DNA of 64,000 nt. It comes from Cycas panzhihuaensis. Taxonomy: Eukaryota; Plantae; Cycadophyta. The stretch is taken from NCBI GenBank assembly GCA_023213395.1, contig CM041465.1, positions 171,375,741-171,439,740 of the forward strand. The letters run 5' to 3'. The notes below the pieces were generated by a model. It worked only from the letters and a program-made list of their open reading frames with translations. It was not told the DNA's origin and searched no databases. The position numbers and the translations under genes were made by a program. Shown here piece after piece: positions 14,338 to 28,598 of this stretch. Each line of letters opens with the position of its first letter. Within the stretch, counting starts at the first letter, position 1.

Positions 14338-14900
14338 GCTCTAATACCATGTAGAAAAATGAAATTGATAGAAATTAATGATATACAAATTAAAATAAAC
14401 AAACACTATGATCATAATGGTACCCTTAAAGTACCTTAGATTAACACTAGAATAATATTATAACTTTATTTAGTATGATATATTAAGTGTGTATTTATAT
14501 TACATAACTTGACTATGCACGGGACCCATAACATAATGCCAACATCATAGCATAATTAATTATACAAATATGCATTGTAATTTTGCCTCATGAAGTATGA
14601 ACCAAGCTATTTCAATAATATCAACCACTTAGATTATGTGTGAGAATCTTTACATCAACTAATCATGTGTCAACCATTAAACCACTTAAATTAAATACTA
14701 CTTAAATATTTTAAAGTTCAGTATTCATATGCTCCCTCTTAATTCTTAATTTATAAAACTTCTCAAATATCTTTAAAACCATATTGGACCACCTTTTTAT
14801 CATACCACCTATGAATACCAATAATCAAACTTATCTTCAACATGTTTGTTTTACTACAAGCAAATGTCATATTATATTATCTCATCTTACCACCTATAAA
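14338..14900 (-). mobile_element. Minus-strand LTR (~14350-14730) with PBS on one side and PPT on the other; copies at 20148-20552 and 60404-60808
   Basis: GCTCTAATACCA+TG at 14338-14351 and CTCCCTCTTAA (reverse complement of a PPT) at 14732-14742, followed by heavily decayed sequence weakly resembling a copia RNase H end. Confidence 0.55.
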
Positions 14901-16573
14901 TCATTAATCAAACACAATAAAAACTTGTTATAATATAAAAAGTTTCTCCTTAATAAATTTATATCTTGTACTTACAAGTTACAAAATAAATTGATTAACT
15001 AATCAATAATCCAAATTCATTAATGTCCATATAAAATAACAACCATTTACCAAAATGCATGGTAAAATAACTTCTATAATTAGTAGTTAACTAAGAAGTA
15101 TTTCATATATGTGGTTCATCATCTTCTTTAATAATAAACAACGTATTTTAAGAATAAGCTAAACTACTTGGACAAATAAACATGTTGTAATAAGAGTAAC
15201 TTATAATTTTGCATAGGTAAACACTTGTAGTTTTCTTTAGTAACCATCAATAATTTTGCATAGGTAACACTTATAGTTTTCTTTAGTAACCAATCTCTCT
15301 TAATCACCTCATCAAACCAAAAAAACCATAGAGGTATTAACATTATTAAGGAATCTAAAAGTTGTACAATTACACTATTATTTTAAGTATCCTAATAAGA
15401 TAGGTTGGATATGGCAAGATGATGGACATTGTCTATTATACAAAGTAAATGGATTTACTTCCCTTTGTTACACTCTAGAAAGGAATTTCTTAGGGATCAT
15501 ACTATAAAGTATAGTGCTATGGTGAATGGACTTTAGTATTATAGGGGAGATTTACATCCTCAACATCCATATTATTCTTCAAATATGCATATATGTATCA
15601 TTAGAAAATTGAGGTTGATATCATGTGAGATGAATATAAAAAAGAAAGTAGTATAAAATACCATATTTAAATAATTAAATGATTATATATGTGTGTGTAC
15701 TTAATAAAGGACTAATAAGAAATAGTTAGAAATACATGAAGATTTGAGAGCTTTAATCACACATACTAAGAACACTCATATATTCATATATTATAGGTAT
15801 TTGCTTGTTTACTCACTTATGAGAAATAATTATATGCACCTAGAAGAATTTATGTAAATTTATGTAGACTAATTTAGAGTACACAACAATACACCACAAA
15901 GTAATTAATACATCATTAAGTGGTTACAATGATCACTCACATAATCCATGTATTAAACTTTATCTTCAACACTTGACCATAATGTTTTATTCATTGTGAT
16001 TTATAGAAAAATACTTTTTAACTTTACCAAACAAGTGTGGGACCCCTTTAATTGTGTTTCCTTATTTTCTTCTTAATTCCCATATTAACTCTTCCAATTT
16101 AAGGCCCTTAAGCTTCAACATTATTTTTAGCTTTTAAGCATGATCTATCAATGTTTATATAAAGAAACAACCATCTAGTAGAATATATAGGTAGCCAATC
16201 ACTGCAAATACTAGTTTTTAAGGAAGTTCTTCATATATATGGTTTATCTACATCTATAAATTTTCATGAGTTATTTATTTATAATCTTTCCATGTATTCA
16301 CACTTATCATAGTGCATTATAAAAGTAGGCTAAACTACCTAACTAAACAAATATTAAGCCAAATGTTGTAGGGGCATAATATTAAAATTATTAACATGTA
16401 AGAAATAAGATAAAAATTAATATTTATAAGGTTTTTAACAAAATAATAATCAATAGTTTATATATTGGTTTTTGAAAAACTTTGCACCTTTTCTAGGGCA
16501 ATTAGACTTTTATGTTTAGGTTAATTTTTCCTTTAATTATGTATTTTTCATATAATATGTCTCAACCTTGCAA

Positions 16574-18890
16574 TGGTATTAGAGCTATTTGGGGTTATAA
16601 TAGAATTATACTATAGCTATCATAAGTAATCCAATTAGAAGAATCCTTAGGTACCAATAGAGATTCCTAACTTATTTTCAAGTACATAGCATAAGAAGAA
16701 TTTGACCATTGATGTGTGATGGATTGGAGCACAAACTTAACATAATGAATTTAGTGGAGGCAATTGAGAATATGCTAAACTTCCTATAACAATATCAACA
16801 TTTCTCTTTCAGAGCATATCACCATTAGTATTAGTAATTGATCCCATAATAGACTCATGAATATAAGAAGATTGAGATGAGAAAAACATTAAATTTAGTG
16901 ATTCGAGGTACAACATTCCTAGTAAGTGCATTAGGTAGGTTCAGTTTGAGGAAGCTTGTGACCCTTCAAAATAAGATAACACTACCTACACTAGAGACTA
17001 ACCACATCATATAAGACTAAAAGTAAAGCAATGATGATTTTTTGTAGTATGCTAAACAAATTAAAAAAGAAAAAATCTAGGTTTTAAAAAAAATCCATTT
17101 TGAATATTCCATAGAGAGAAATATATTTCTTATTTACATTTTTTTAAAACAAAACATGTTTACACATCTTACAATAATAATTATTCCTAGAGCTAAAATA
17201 GACCAAGAATCATCTAGATGAGGGAAAGAGATAATGTTAGAGTAGTATTTATAAATGTAATATTCAAGAAGGATAAAAGAATCATTTTTTACTATTTAGG
17301 AAGGAGAAAATACTAGCAAATTTTAAGCAAAACATCAGTGGCTAGAAATGATAGAGCTTTAATTAAGGAGTTGTAAGCTTATAATGATTTATTATATCAA
17401 AAGGAGGATGGTGCATGTCGAAAAGGTGGAAACCAACTCAAAATGTGGGAAGAATTAAATAACATATGGGATCCCCTTATCGAAATCAATGATAACATCA
17501 ATATGATATAAGAGAAGGATAGCCCAAAGAAAACAAATATAAACACATTGAGATTCTCAAGTGATGATAGTCACAAATATTCTATCATCATGTGAAATTA
17601 CCCATCTATTCTATAGATGGAGATATATACATAAATAAATAACTAATAAAATTATTTAACTTAAGAACACTTAGCTTTAAGAAAGCATCAAACTAAGTGG
17701 ATTTGGTCATCTCTTAATTATAAGGTTTAATCTACATATGGGTGATTAATAGAAGGATCATCCTAAAATATTATTCTTCAACCAATTTAATAAAGATTTC
17801 TTTAAATATACAAAGGAAAACTAGGATGATCCATATAAAATATAGTTAACTCATTACTTCTAGGGGAACATGATCATGCTTGAATATATAAATATGTTTA
17901 AAGCATTGTAGATGGAGGCTAGAATTAAATCTAGTAATGGCCTACTACTTTACTTGAGTAATATGAGGGTAGAAGCATGAGAAGACGTATCTTTTTGAGA
18001 TGGGGGCACTTCAAAAGGCCACATACATGACACAATAGACTAAAAAAAAACTAATTAGTCATCCAAACCAACTAGATGGCACTCCAAAAGAAGTGATAAA
18101 TATACATATAATTGAATAAGATAATGTCCAAGACCTTAGGGAGCCTGAATTTACTACCTTCAAATTTTAGCTCACTTAAGAGGGAAGATATAGAGAAATC
18201 TAAGAAAATAGTATAAGGACTTTATTTTGATTATGGATAGAAATGGGAAAGGTGACACTCATTAGTCTATCCTAAAAAAAATAAGTTCATACTATAAAAT
18301 TAGAGGATGATCAAGGTGAAGAATTATAAGATGTAGAAGAAAATCTTCTAAAAAATCAACAATACAAAGAAATTTTGAATACCCAAACCTTAGATGATGG
18401 GCATCTTGAAATCTCTATGATTACTATGTTTAGAATCTAATGATCTAATACCATTAAGGTTTATGGATCTTTGAAGATAAATAGTATTAGTCTCAATAGG
18501 CTTGGGAAACACTCACTACCTTATTAATATTAACATAACCAAAAGTTCAAGCCTCTATATGGATAAGAAGAAGTCTTTTAACATTTTAATATTAGGAGAT
18601 AACTAGGTTACATTCGACATGGAAGTGAAGCATCAACAACCCTAACTAGGTAAGGTGATGATTATTATGGACTTCTATACTTTCAATATAAGAGGTTTTG
18701 AAGTTGTACTTAGGGTCAAGTGGCTAAAAACCCTAGGTATATATGGTCGTAATCATCATGAGAACTTTAATTACTTTTATATAAGCAAGCAATTATATCA
18801 AGTTTTGGGGATCAAAACACTAAAGATGTCTATTGTATTGATTGAAAAGATGATAAAGTATATACTTTTCTTTACCTATTGGTTTATTGA
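16574..18890 (+). mobile_element. Decayed Ty3/gypsy (chromovirus-like) PBS-gag-protease relic; copies start at 22376 and 62649
   Basis: PBS TGGTATTAGAGC at 16574-16585. Remnants of the GLCF..C.EKW..GH knuckle (~18215-18265), EISM...NTIKVYG, the protease THxxI motif (~18510) and FEVVLRVKWLKTLG (ORF 18655-18894). Confidence 0.7.
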
Positions 18891-19944
18891 ATAAATGTTC
18901 CTATACTTAGATAATGATGATTTCAACCATGGTTGATGGATTTATAATTGTCCATACAAGCTCAATGAGTTAAGGAAAGGCTTCTTAGTACCCCTACAAG
19001 ACATGTAATGTCCTTCTCTTCCTCCTATTTACAATACTAATCTATTTTCTTCTCTTCTTTAGATGTTTCTTCATTTAAAACTCTTATTTTTAAATAAATT
19101 TTTTATTCTTACTATCATGGTTATTATCATCTCATTTTGGTTTTTGTTTTTATTTTTGTAAAAATTCCATTTCTAGTGTACAACAAAGTTTACCATGATA
19201 CTACTTTAAAACTTCATGGCATCGCTAAGAACTTCACGATACTAATTCTTTCATTTCTTTTTTTTTTGGCCCACTATTGGTCATCCATTTATGGTACCTA
19301 ATAAGGTATCAACTCACTTTTCCCATCAAAACCATGGGCTATGTATGGGTTTGCCTTTAAAACCATAAGCTAATTAATGCCTTTAGCATTAATTCTCCCC
19401 AAAAGCATGGGTAATCAGCCCATAGGACCTAACTCATCTATCTTTATATTTATACCCTCCATTTTTCATTGGAAAAGGAAGATTAATTTCTAAGCTGATA
19501 TCTTATTATTATGCTACTAAAATTTTTGCAAAAAGCCCATAGCTTTCAAATCTGATTGGTTAAATTCCACTATTAGATTAAGGCTTTAATATTAGACATT
19601 ATTAGAGTACTCTTTGGATGGAGTAGAATGTCACTCACATCTCCCCTTCACTTAGAATAAGGGTAACACCCCCCACATTGCCAAGATTTTCTTCCTTCTT
19701 CTAATACTTTATTTACTTACTTTTATGGCATTAAATTACCCTCTTTTATGCTTGTTATTTGCTATAATTTTAGTTCTTTTGTCTTTGCATACTTAACTTT
19801 CTTTGTAGTTGGAATCTTATAGAGGGAAATATGGGCTCAATATTGCTTATTAGGATTAAAAAAGGGTGGCAAAATAGGTATTTTTGACACCCCTCTTTAC
19901 GCCATTTCCTTTGTTTATTTGACGTCCCTCTTTACGCCATTTCC

Positions 19945-22900
19945 AACATACAAACTAGATAATCTTATATATGCAACTTAGGGTTTCTTTATCAAAATAG
20001 ATAACACAAATAATTGAATCTATATAGCCACCTCCTCATAATCAATGAACTAGGGTTTCACCTTAACACTGGTAAACTAATAAACCTATAAAATAATAGA
20101 CTTATAATATATCTTTCTTTTTATGATAGCTCTAATATTTCACTTGAGCTCTAATACCATGTAGCAAAATGAAATTGATAGAAATTAATAATGTACAAAT
20201 AAAAATAAACAAACACTATGATCATAATGGTACCCTTAAAGTACCTTAGATTAAAACTAGAATAATATTATACCTTTATTTAATATGATATATTAAGTGT
20301 GTATTTATATTACATAACTTGACTATGCATGGGACCAACAACATAATGCCAACATGAGAGCATAATTAATTACACAAATATGCATTGCAACTTTGCCTCG
20401 TGAAGCATGAACCAAACTATTTCAATAATATGAACCACTTAGATCATGTGTGAGAATATTTACATCAACTAATCATGTGTCGACCATTAAACCACTTAAA
20501 TTAAATACTACTTGAATATTTTAAAGTTTAGTATTCATATACTCCCTCTTAATGCTTAATTTATAAAACTTCTCAAATGTCTTTAAAACCATATTAGACC
20601 ACCTTTTTATCATACCACCTATGAATACCAATAATCAAACTTATCTTCAACATGCTTGTTTTACTATAAGCAAATGTCATATTATATTATCTAATCTTAC
20701 CACCTATAAATCATTAATCAAACATAATAAAAACTTGTTATAACATAAAAAGTTTCTCCTTAAAAAAATTATATCTTCTACTTATAAGTTGCAAAATAAA
20801 TTGATTAACTAATCAATAATCCAAATTCACTAATGTCCATATAAAATAACAACCATTTACCAAAATGCATGGTAAAATAACTTTTATAATTAGTAGTTAA
20901 CTAAGAAGTATTTCATATATGTGGTTCGTCATCTTCTTTAATAATAAACAACATACTTTAAGAATAAGCTAAACTACTTAGCCAAATAAATATGTTGTAA
21001 TAAGAGTAGCTTATAATTTTGCATAGGTAAATACTTGTAGTTTTCTTTAGTAACCATCAATAATTTTGCATAGGTAATACTTGTAGTTTTCTTTAGTAAC
21101 TAATCTCTCTTAATCGCATCATCAAACCAACAAAACCATAGAGGTATTAACATTATTAAGGAACTTAAAAATTGTATAATTACACTATTATTTTAAGTAT
21201 CCTAATAAGATAGGTTGGATATGGCAAGATGATTGACATTGTCTATTATACACAATAAATGGATTTCCTTCCTTTTGCTATACTCTAAAAAGAAATTTCT
21301 TGGGGATCATATTATAAAGCATAGTGCTATGATGAATGGACTTTAGTATTATATGGGTGATTTATAAACTCAACATCCATATTATTCTTCAAATATGCAT
21401 ATATGTATCATTAGAAATTTGAGGTTGATATCATGTGAGATGAATAGAAAAAAAAAAGTAGTATAAAATACCATATTCAAATAATTAAATGATTATATAT
21501 GTGTGTGTACTTAATAAAGGACTAATAAGAAATAGTTAGAATAACATGAAGATTTGAGAGCTTTAATCACACATATTAAGAACACTCATATATTCATATA
21601 TTAAAGGTATTTGCTTGTTTACTCACTTATGAGAAATAATTATATCCACCTAGAAGAATTTATGTACAATAATTTAGAGTGCACAACAATACACCACAAA
21701 GTAATTAATACATCATTAAGTGGTTACAATGATCACTCACATAATCCATGTATTAAACTTTATCCTCAACAATTGACCATAATGTTTTATTCATTGTGAT
21801 TTATAAAAAATACTTTTTGACTTTGCCAAACAAGTGTGGGACTCCTTCAATTATGCTTCTTTATTTTCTTCTTAATTCCCATATTAACTCTTCCAATTTA
21901 AGGCCCTTAAGCTTCAACATTATTTCTAGATTTTAAGCATGATTTATTAATGTTTATATAAAGAAACAACAATCTAGTAGAATATATAGGTAGTCAATCA
22001 CTACGAATACTAGTTTTTAAGGAAGTTCTTCATATATATGGTTTATGTACATCTATAAATTTTCATGAGTTATTTATTTATAATCTTTCCATGTATTCAC
22101 ACTTATCATAGTGCATTATAAAAGTAGGCCAAACTACCTAACTAAGCAAATACTAAGCCAAATGTTGTAGAGCCATAATATTAAAATTATTAACATATAA
22201 GAAATAACATTAAAATTAATATTTATAAGGTTTTTAACAAAATGGAAATCAATAGTTTGTATATTAGTTTTTGAGAAACTTTACACCTTCTCTAGGGCAA
22301 TTAGACTTTTATGTCTAGATTAATTTTTCCTTTAATTATCCATTTTTCATCTAATATGTCTCTACCTTGCCACAATGGTATTAGAGCTATTTGGGGTTAT
22401 AATAGAATTGCACTGTAGCTATTATAAGTACTCCAATTAGAAGAATCCTTAGGTACCAATAGAGATTCCTAACTTATTTTCAAGTACATAACATAAGAAG
22501 AATTTGGCCATTGATATGTGATGGATTAGAGCATAAACTTAACATAGTGAATTTAGTGGAGGCAATTGAGAATATGCCAAACTTCCTATAACAATGTCAA
22601 CATTTCTCTTTCAGAGCATATCACCATTAGAATTAGCAATTGATCCCGTAATATACTCATGAATATAAGAAGATTGAGGTGAGAAAAACATTAAATTTAG
22701 TGATTCGAGGTACAAGATTCCTAGTATGTGCATTAGGTAGGTTCAGTTTGAGCAAGCTTATGACCCTCCAAAATAACATAACACTGCCTACACTAGAGAC
22801 TAACCACATCATATAAGACCAAAAGTAAAGCAATGATGAGTTTTTGTAGTATGCTAAACAAATTAAAAAAAAAAAATTAGGTTTCAAAAAAATTCCATTT

Positions 22901-24469
22901 TGAATATTCCATAGAGAAAAACATATTTCTTATTTAAATTTTTTGAGAACAAAACATGTTTACGCATCTTACAATAATAATTAATCCTAGAGCTAAAATA
23001 GACCAAGAATCATTTAGATGAGGGAAAGAGACAATGTTAGAGTAGTACTTATAAATGTAATATTCAAGAAGGATAAAAGAATCATTTTTTACTATTTAAG
23101 AAGGAGAAAACACTAGTAAATTTTAAGCAAAATGTCAATGGATAGAAATGCTAGAGCTTTAATCAAGGAGTTGTAAGCTTATAATGATTTATTATATCAA
23201 AAGGAGGATGGTGCATGCCGAAAAGGTGGAAACTAGCTCAAAATATGGGAAGAATTAAATAACATATGGGATCCCCTTATCGAAATCAATGATAACATCA
23301 ATATGATAGAAGAGAAGGATAGCCCAAAGTAAACAAATATAAACACATTGAGATTCTCAAGTGATGATAGTCATAAATATTCTATCGTCATGTGAAATTA
23401 CCCATCTATTCTATAGATGGAGATATATACATAAACAAATAGCTAATAAAACTATTTAACTTAAGAACACTTAGCTTTAAGAAAGCATCAAACCAAGTGG
23501 ATTTGGTCATCTCTTAATTATAAGGTTTAATCTACATATGGGTGATTAGTAGAAGGATCATCGTAAAATATTCTTCTTCAACCAATTTAATGAAGATTTC
23601 TTTAAATACACCAAGGAAAACTAGGGTGATCCATATAAAATATAGTTAACTCATTACTTCTAGAGGAACATGATCATGCTTGAATATATAAAGATGGTTA
23701 AAGCATTATAGATGGAGGCTAGAATTAAATCTAGTAATGGCATGCCACTTTACTTGAGTAATATGAGGGTAGAAGCATGAGAAGATGTGTCTTTCTAAGC
23801 TGTGGGCACTTTAAAAGGCCATATAAATGACACAATAGACTAAAAAAAACTAACTCTTCATCCAAACCAACTAGATGGAACTCCAAAAGAAGTGATAAAT
23901 ATACATATAATTGAATAAGATAATGTCCAAGACCTTAGGGAGCCTGAATTCACTAGCTTCAAATTTTAGCTCACTTAAGAGGGAAGATATGGAGAAATCT
24001 AAGAAAATAGCATAAGGACTTTATTTTGATTATGGATAAAAATGGGAAAGGTGACACTCATTAGTCTATCCCAAACAAAAACGAGTTTATACTATAAAAT
24101 TAGAGGATGATCAAGGTGAAGAATTATAGGATGTAGAAGAAAATCTTCTAAAAAATCAATAATACAAAGAAATTTTGAATACCCAAACCTTAGATGATGG
24201 GCATCCATAAATCTCTATGATTACCATGTTTAGAATCTGATGATTCAATACCATTAAGATTTATGGATCTTTGAAAATAAATAGTATTAGTATTAATAGG
24301 CTTGAGAAACACTCACTACCTTATTAATATTAATATAACCAAAAGTTCAAGCCTCTATATGGATAAGAAGAAGTCTTTCAACATTTTAATATTAGGAGGT
24401 AAACTAGGTTACATGCGAAATGGAAGTGAACCATCAACAACTCTAACTAGGTAAGGTGATGATTATTAT
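19945..24469 (+). repeat. Composite repeat Y, copy B (tandem, period ~5.8 kb)
   Basis: Restarts at AACATACAAACTAGATAATC, equivalent to 14134, and stays colinear to GTGATGATTATTATG, equivalent to 18669. Confidence 0.95.
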
Positions 24470-27170
24470 GAAATCATTTATAAACATATTTACCTAATCT
24501 TATTTTTCATGTATTTGTAATTCAAAAAATTATGAATAAAATTTACTAAAAAAAGGGGTAAATTTAGATATTTGGAATATTATTCTTAGTATTCCTTAAA
24601 CCTTTCCTTTTATAAATTCAGTTTTGAAAATAAAAAACATTTAAAAGTATTACTTTATTTCATAGTTTTATTTAACAAAAAGGATTAGGAAAAGAGTTTA
24701 CACTTATTGTATACTCACTGTTGCCTATTCTTCCCTTACCTCACATGTAGATTTTCGTTAAAAAAAAAAAAAGGTTTATTAAAATGATCAGAAAAGAAGG
24801 TTTAGAAAGAATATTTCTCTTTTGCATATTACATTTGCACTTACATTTTGGTATGTATCTTTTCAAAGACCTAATGAGGAAGAGCTTTGCACCTATTGTG
24901 AGTCTTTGAATATGTGGGGCTACACTTATATTTTGTAGGTTAGATTATTTATTACTTGTATGCAACTAAAATTATATAACTAGTAGTATTTAAATTATTT
25001 ATTATATTCTCCTCTTAGTCTCTTATAGGTTTTAGCGTCTTATTCTCCTCTTAGTCTCTTATATGAACTTCTATACTTTCAAAACATTAAAGATATTTAT
25101 TGTATTGATTGAAAAGATGATAAAGTATATACTTTTCTTTACCTGTTGGTTTATTGAATGAATGTGCCCATACTTAGCTTATGATGATTTCAACCATGGT
25201 TAATGGCTTTATAATTGTCCATACAAGCTCAATGTGTTAAGGAAAGGCTTCTTAGTGCCCCTACAAGACATGTATTATCCTTCTCTTCCTCTTATTAACA
25301 ATACTAATCTATTTTGTTCTCTTCTTTAGATGTTTCTTCATTTAAAACTCTTATTTTTAAATATATTTTTTATTCTTACTATCATGGTTATTATCATCTT
25401 ATTTTAGTTTTTATTTTTATTTTTGTAAAAATTCCATTTCTAGTGTACAACAAAGTTTACCATGATACTACTTTACAACTTCATGGCATCGCTAAGAACT
25501 TCACGATACTAATTCTTTCATTTCTTTTTTTTTTGGCCCACTATTGGTCATGCATTTATAGTACCTAAGAAGGCGTCAACTCACTTTTCCATCAAAACCA
25601 TGGGCTATGTATGGGTTTGGCTTTAAAACCATAGGCTAATTAATGCTTATAGTATTAATTCTCCCCAAAAGCATTGGTAATCAACCCATGGTGTTCCTAT
25701 AGACTATGAGGCCAAAACTGTGGATCCTAACTCATCTATCTTTCTATTTATACCCTCTAATTTTCATTGGAAAAGGGAGATTAATTTCTAAGCTGATATG
25801 TTATTATTATGCTACTAAAATTTATGAAAAAAACCTATAGCTTTTAAATCTGATTGGTTGAATTCCACTATTCGATTAAGGATTTAATATTAGACATTAT
25901 TAGAGTACTCTTTGGATGGAGCAGAATGTCACTCGCATCTCCCCTTCACATAGAATAAGGGTAACACCCCCCGCATTGCCTATATTTTCTTCCTTCTTCT
26001 AATACTTTATTTACTTACTTTTATGGCATTAAATTACCCTCTTTTATGCTTGTTATTTGCTCTAATTTTAGTTCTTTTGTCTTTGCATACTTAACTTTCT
26101 TTGTAGTTGGCATCTTATAGAGGAAAAAATGGGCTCAATATTGTTTATTAGGATAAAAAAAGGTGGCAAAATAGCAATTTCTGACGCCCCTCTTTACGCC
26201 ATTTCCTTTGCTTATTTAAGTCAATATTTTAGCTTTAGTTTGTAAGATTTTTCATCTATTTACTATAGACTTTGTTAGATACTAATCAATGTAGGTGGAG
26301 GATCTGTCCTAAAGATTTGAGTGCAACTTAGAGTGTGCTTAGAGTAACTAAAGAAATCCCTTCCTTCTCTTTCATTCACTCAATTCAAATAAATAAAGTG
26401 CTTATTACACAGTCATTATGCTATCAAAATTATCTCAGATAGCTATAAAGATTAGTATCTTAAAGTAGCTTTTAAAATAACTTCTAACATATTTTATTCT
26501 AAAGATAAACTTTTTTTCAGTATAGGTCAATCTAATAAGAAGAAATATTATTAAAATTTTCCTAGAAATCATTTATAAATACATTTACCTAATCTTATTT
26601 TACATGTGAGTTGAACTTAAAATAATAAAAGGAGTTACGGATTAACCTATCAAGGGACCTGCGAACGAACGGACCTACGAACGATCGTTAGGGTTTCGGA
26701 GTGGCGGCGGTGGGAGAACCAGCGCCGACCGGGGCGCGATGGTGTCTACTGAATGGACATGGCAGGGGAGATAGGACCCTGTGCAAGATTCAAGCCATCC
26801 CCACAGAGGTATTTGTGAAGGAAATCAAACTGTTAACGGAAGAACGGAGAGGCAGACCTTAGCGTAACAGCCTGAGTACTCAGAGCCCTCTTCTCTAGCT
26901 CTCTCAAGACCGATTGTTATTGCATATTACAGAGTTAGATGGGAGTTGACCTGAGTCAGATGTTGACTACTGCTTGAAGATAGACAGAACTTTGGAGAAG
27001 GCGGACTGGAAAGGGTGCCAGGAGCTGTGTTGGGAAGGCGTTTCTCCAGTGGAGCTTTTGGCCAGCAGCACTTTGTTTGGCACTAAAAAAATTACAGTCG
27101 AGCAAGCTTTAACCATGGTATGCATATGCCCTCTTGGCTGGCTTTTTCTTGCTATTTTTGATATTTAATC

Positions 27171-28598
27171 ATGATAATGGATTATATCCCTCAAAACCAG
27201 ACTCAGATCCCCAATCCGTCTCTGGGGAAATCTTACTGAGATGCTTTGAAATCAAACGAAGAGGAAACCTTTGACCTAACACCAGTGGTTATTGATAATA
27301 AAGTTAGATTGAAAATACCTTTAGCTCTTGTGGAAAGAACTGAGAAACTCTGGGAGAACTGCTTAGTTGGCAGGTTCTCGGGACCTAGACCGGGTCTAGA
27401 GACTATCAGAAGCTGGATGAGAGCCAATTGGAAAACGACGGGAAGTGTGGAAGTAATAGCCATGCCCAAGGGTTGTGTGCTATTCAAATTCTCCTCCTAT
27501 GAAGATATATCCAGTATCCTGCTTAGGGCGCCATGGAAGTTTGGCAGGAAAGCTCTGTCACTTGAGAAATGACACAGGGACTTTGATCCCTCCACTCCCA
27601 AAATTAAATAAGCCTCCTTATGGATCCAACTCCCGGGTCTCCCATTGCATCATTAGAACCCAGAAGTATTCAAGGGTATGGCAAAGGCAGTGGGTCCTCT
27701 TTTAGCTGTTGATTCTGTGACGAAGAATAGGAGCAGGCTCATCAACGCTAGGATCTGTGTTCTAACAAGGCTTGATAAACCCCTCCTAGATGACATCTGG
27801 ATGGATTTGCCGGAAGGGAGTTGGGTGCAGTCGTTGATTTATGAAATGGACCACATAAGATGCTCCACCTGCAGAATATTGGGACACATGCCCCAAAAAT
27901 ACCCAGGGATTCAACCCCTAATAGATGAGAATAACAAGGGACCCCCAGAACCAAATCTCTAGGAAAAGAAGGAAAAGGACCAAGAGGCGGTTCCGGAACT
28001 TGAAGGTCACATGGAGGAAGCTAAGACCCTTATTAGGAAATTGGGTTTTGACTCCAACGAAGAGGATACGCTCTTAGAGGAAGGAGAGCAAATTGCACAG
28101 ACTTCTATGGCTTTGGGTAGCCAGTCTAGCGAGGTGTGTATAGGGGTTTCTTCCCCTAATGGGATTACCGCCAAGACACAAACTATCCACCCTAAATCAC
28201 TACGAGTGAGGGATAAGCAAGTTGCAGGAAGGATAGGCCTATCCCCTACCGAAGAGGCTGATGTTGTTCCTAGTGATTCGGAGACCTAGAGGCAAAAGGT
28301 AGGGGTCGAGCAGTCAACGCCCATAGTGGAGGACTTAGGGGAGCCAAACCCAGATCCAACACCACAACCGATAATGACTCTGAAAAAGCAGTTAGATGTG
28401 GGAGCTAAGAAGAAGGTAGGGAGGCCGCCTCTAAAGCTCCTAAGAGAGAAAGAAACGGCTACCCAAGTAGACCAAGGTAGCCAGAAAACTCTAAAGGAAG
28501 TGTTCCTTGAAGGGCCTACCCTTAGATCCAGCACTGCAGGCAAAGAGCCTCCAAAAGGAGAGCCTACTAAAGTTTGGAAGCAAAGGAAAAAGAGATGA
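27171..28598 (+). pseudogene. L1 ORF1 (DUF4283/RRM-like domain plus zinc knuckle), 6 premature stops, no frameshift
   Basis: One frame throughout: KSY*DALK, LWENCLVGRF, PWKFGRKALSLEK*, LWIQLPGLPLH, ARICV, CSTCRILGHMPQKY (CX2CX4HX4C with the last C changed to Y), KKKVGRP. Confidence 0.9.

Larger units (their letters stand above)
13044..19944 (+). repeat. Composite repeat Y, copy A (mosaic of decayed LTR-element fragments)
   Basis: 13044-17928 aligns with 59114-64000. 14134-18669 aligns with 19945-24469. ~18810-19910 aligns with ~25080-26215 and ~33530-34675. Confidence 0.95.

Noticed and set aside
15203-15292. 47-bp tandem duplication, also present in copies B and C
   Set aside because: Two units with no spacers; an ordinary local duplication, not a CRISPR-like array.
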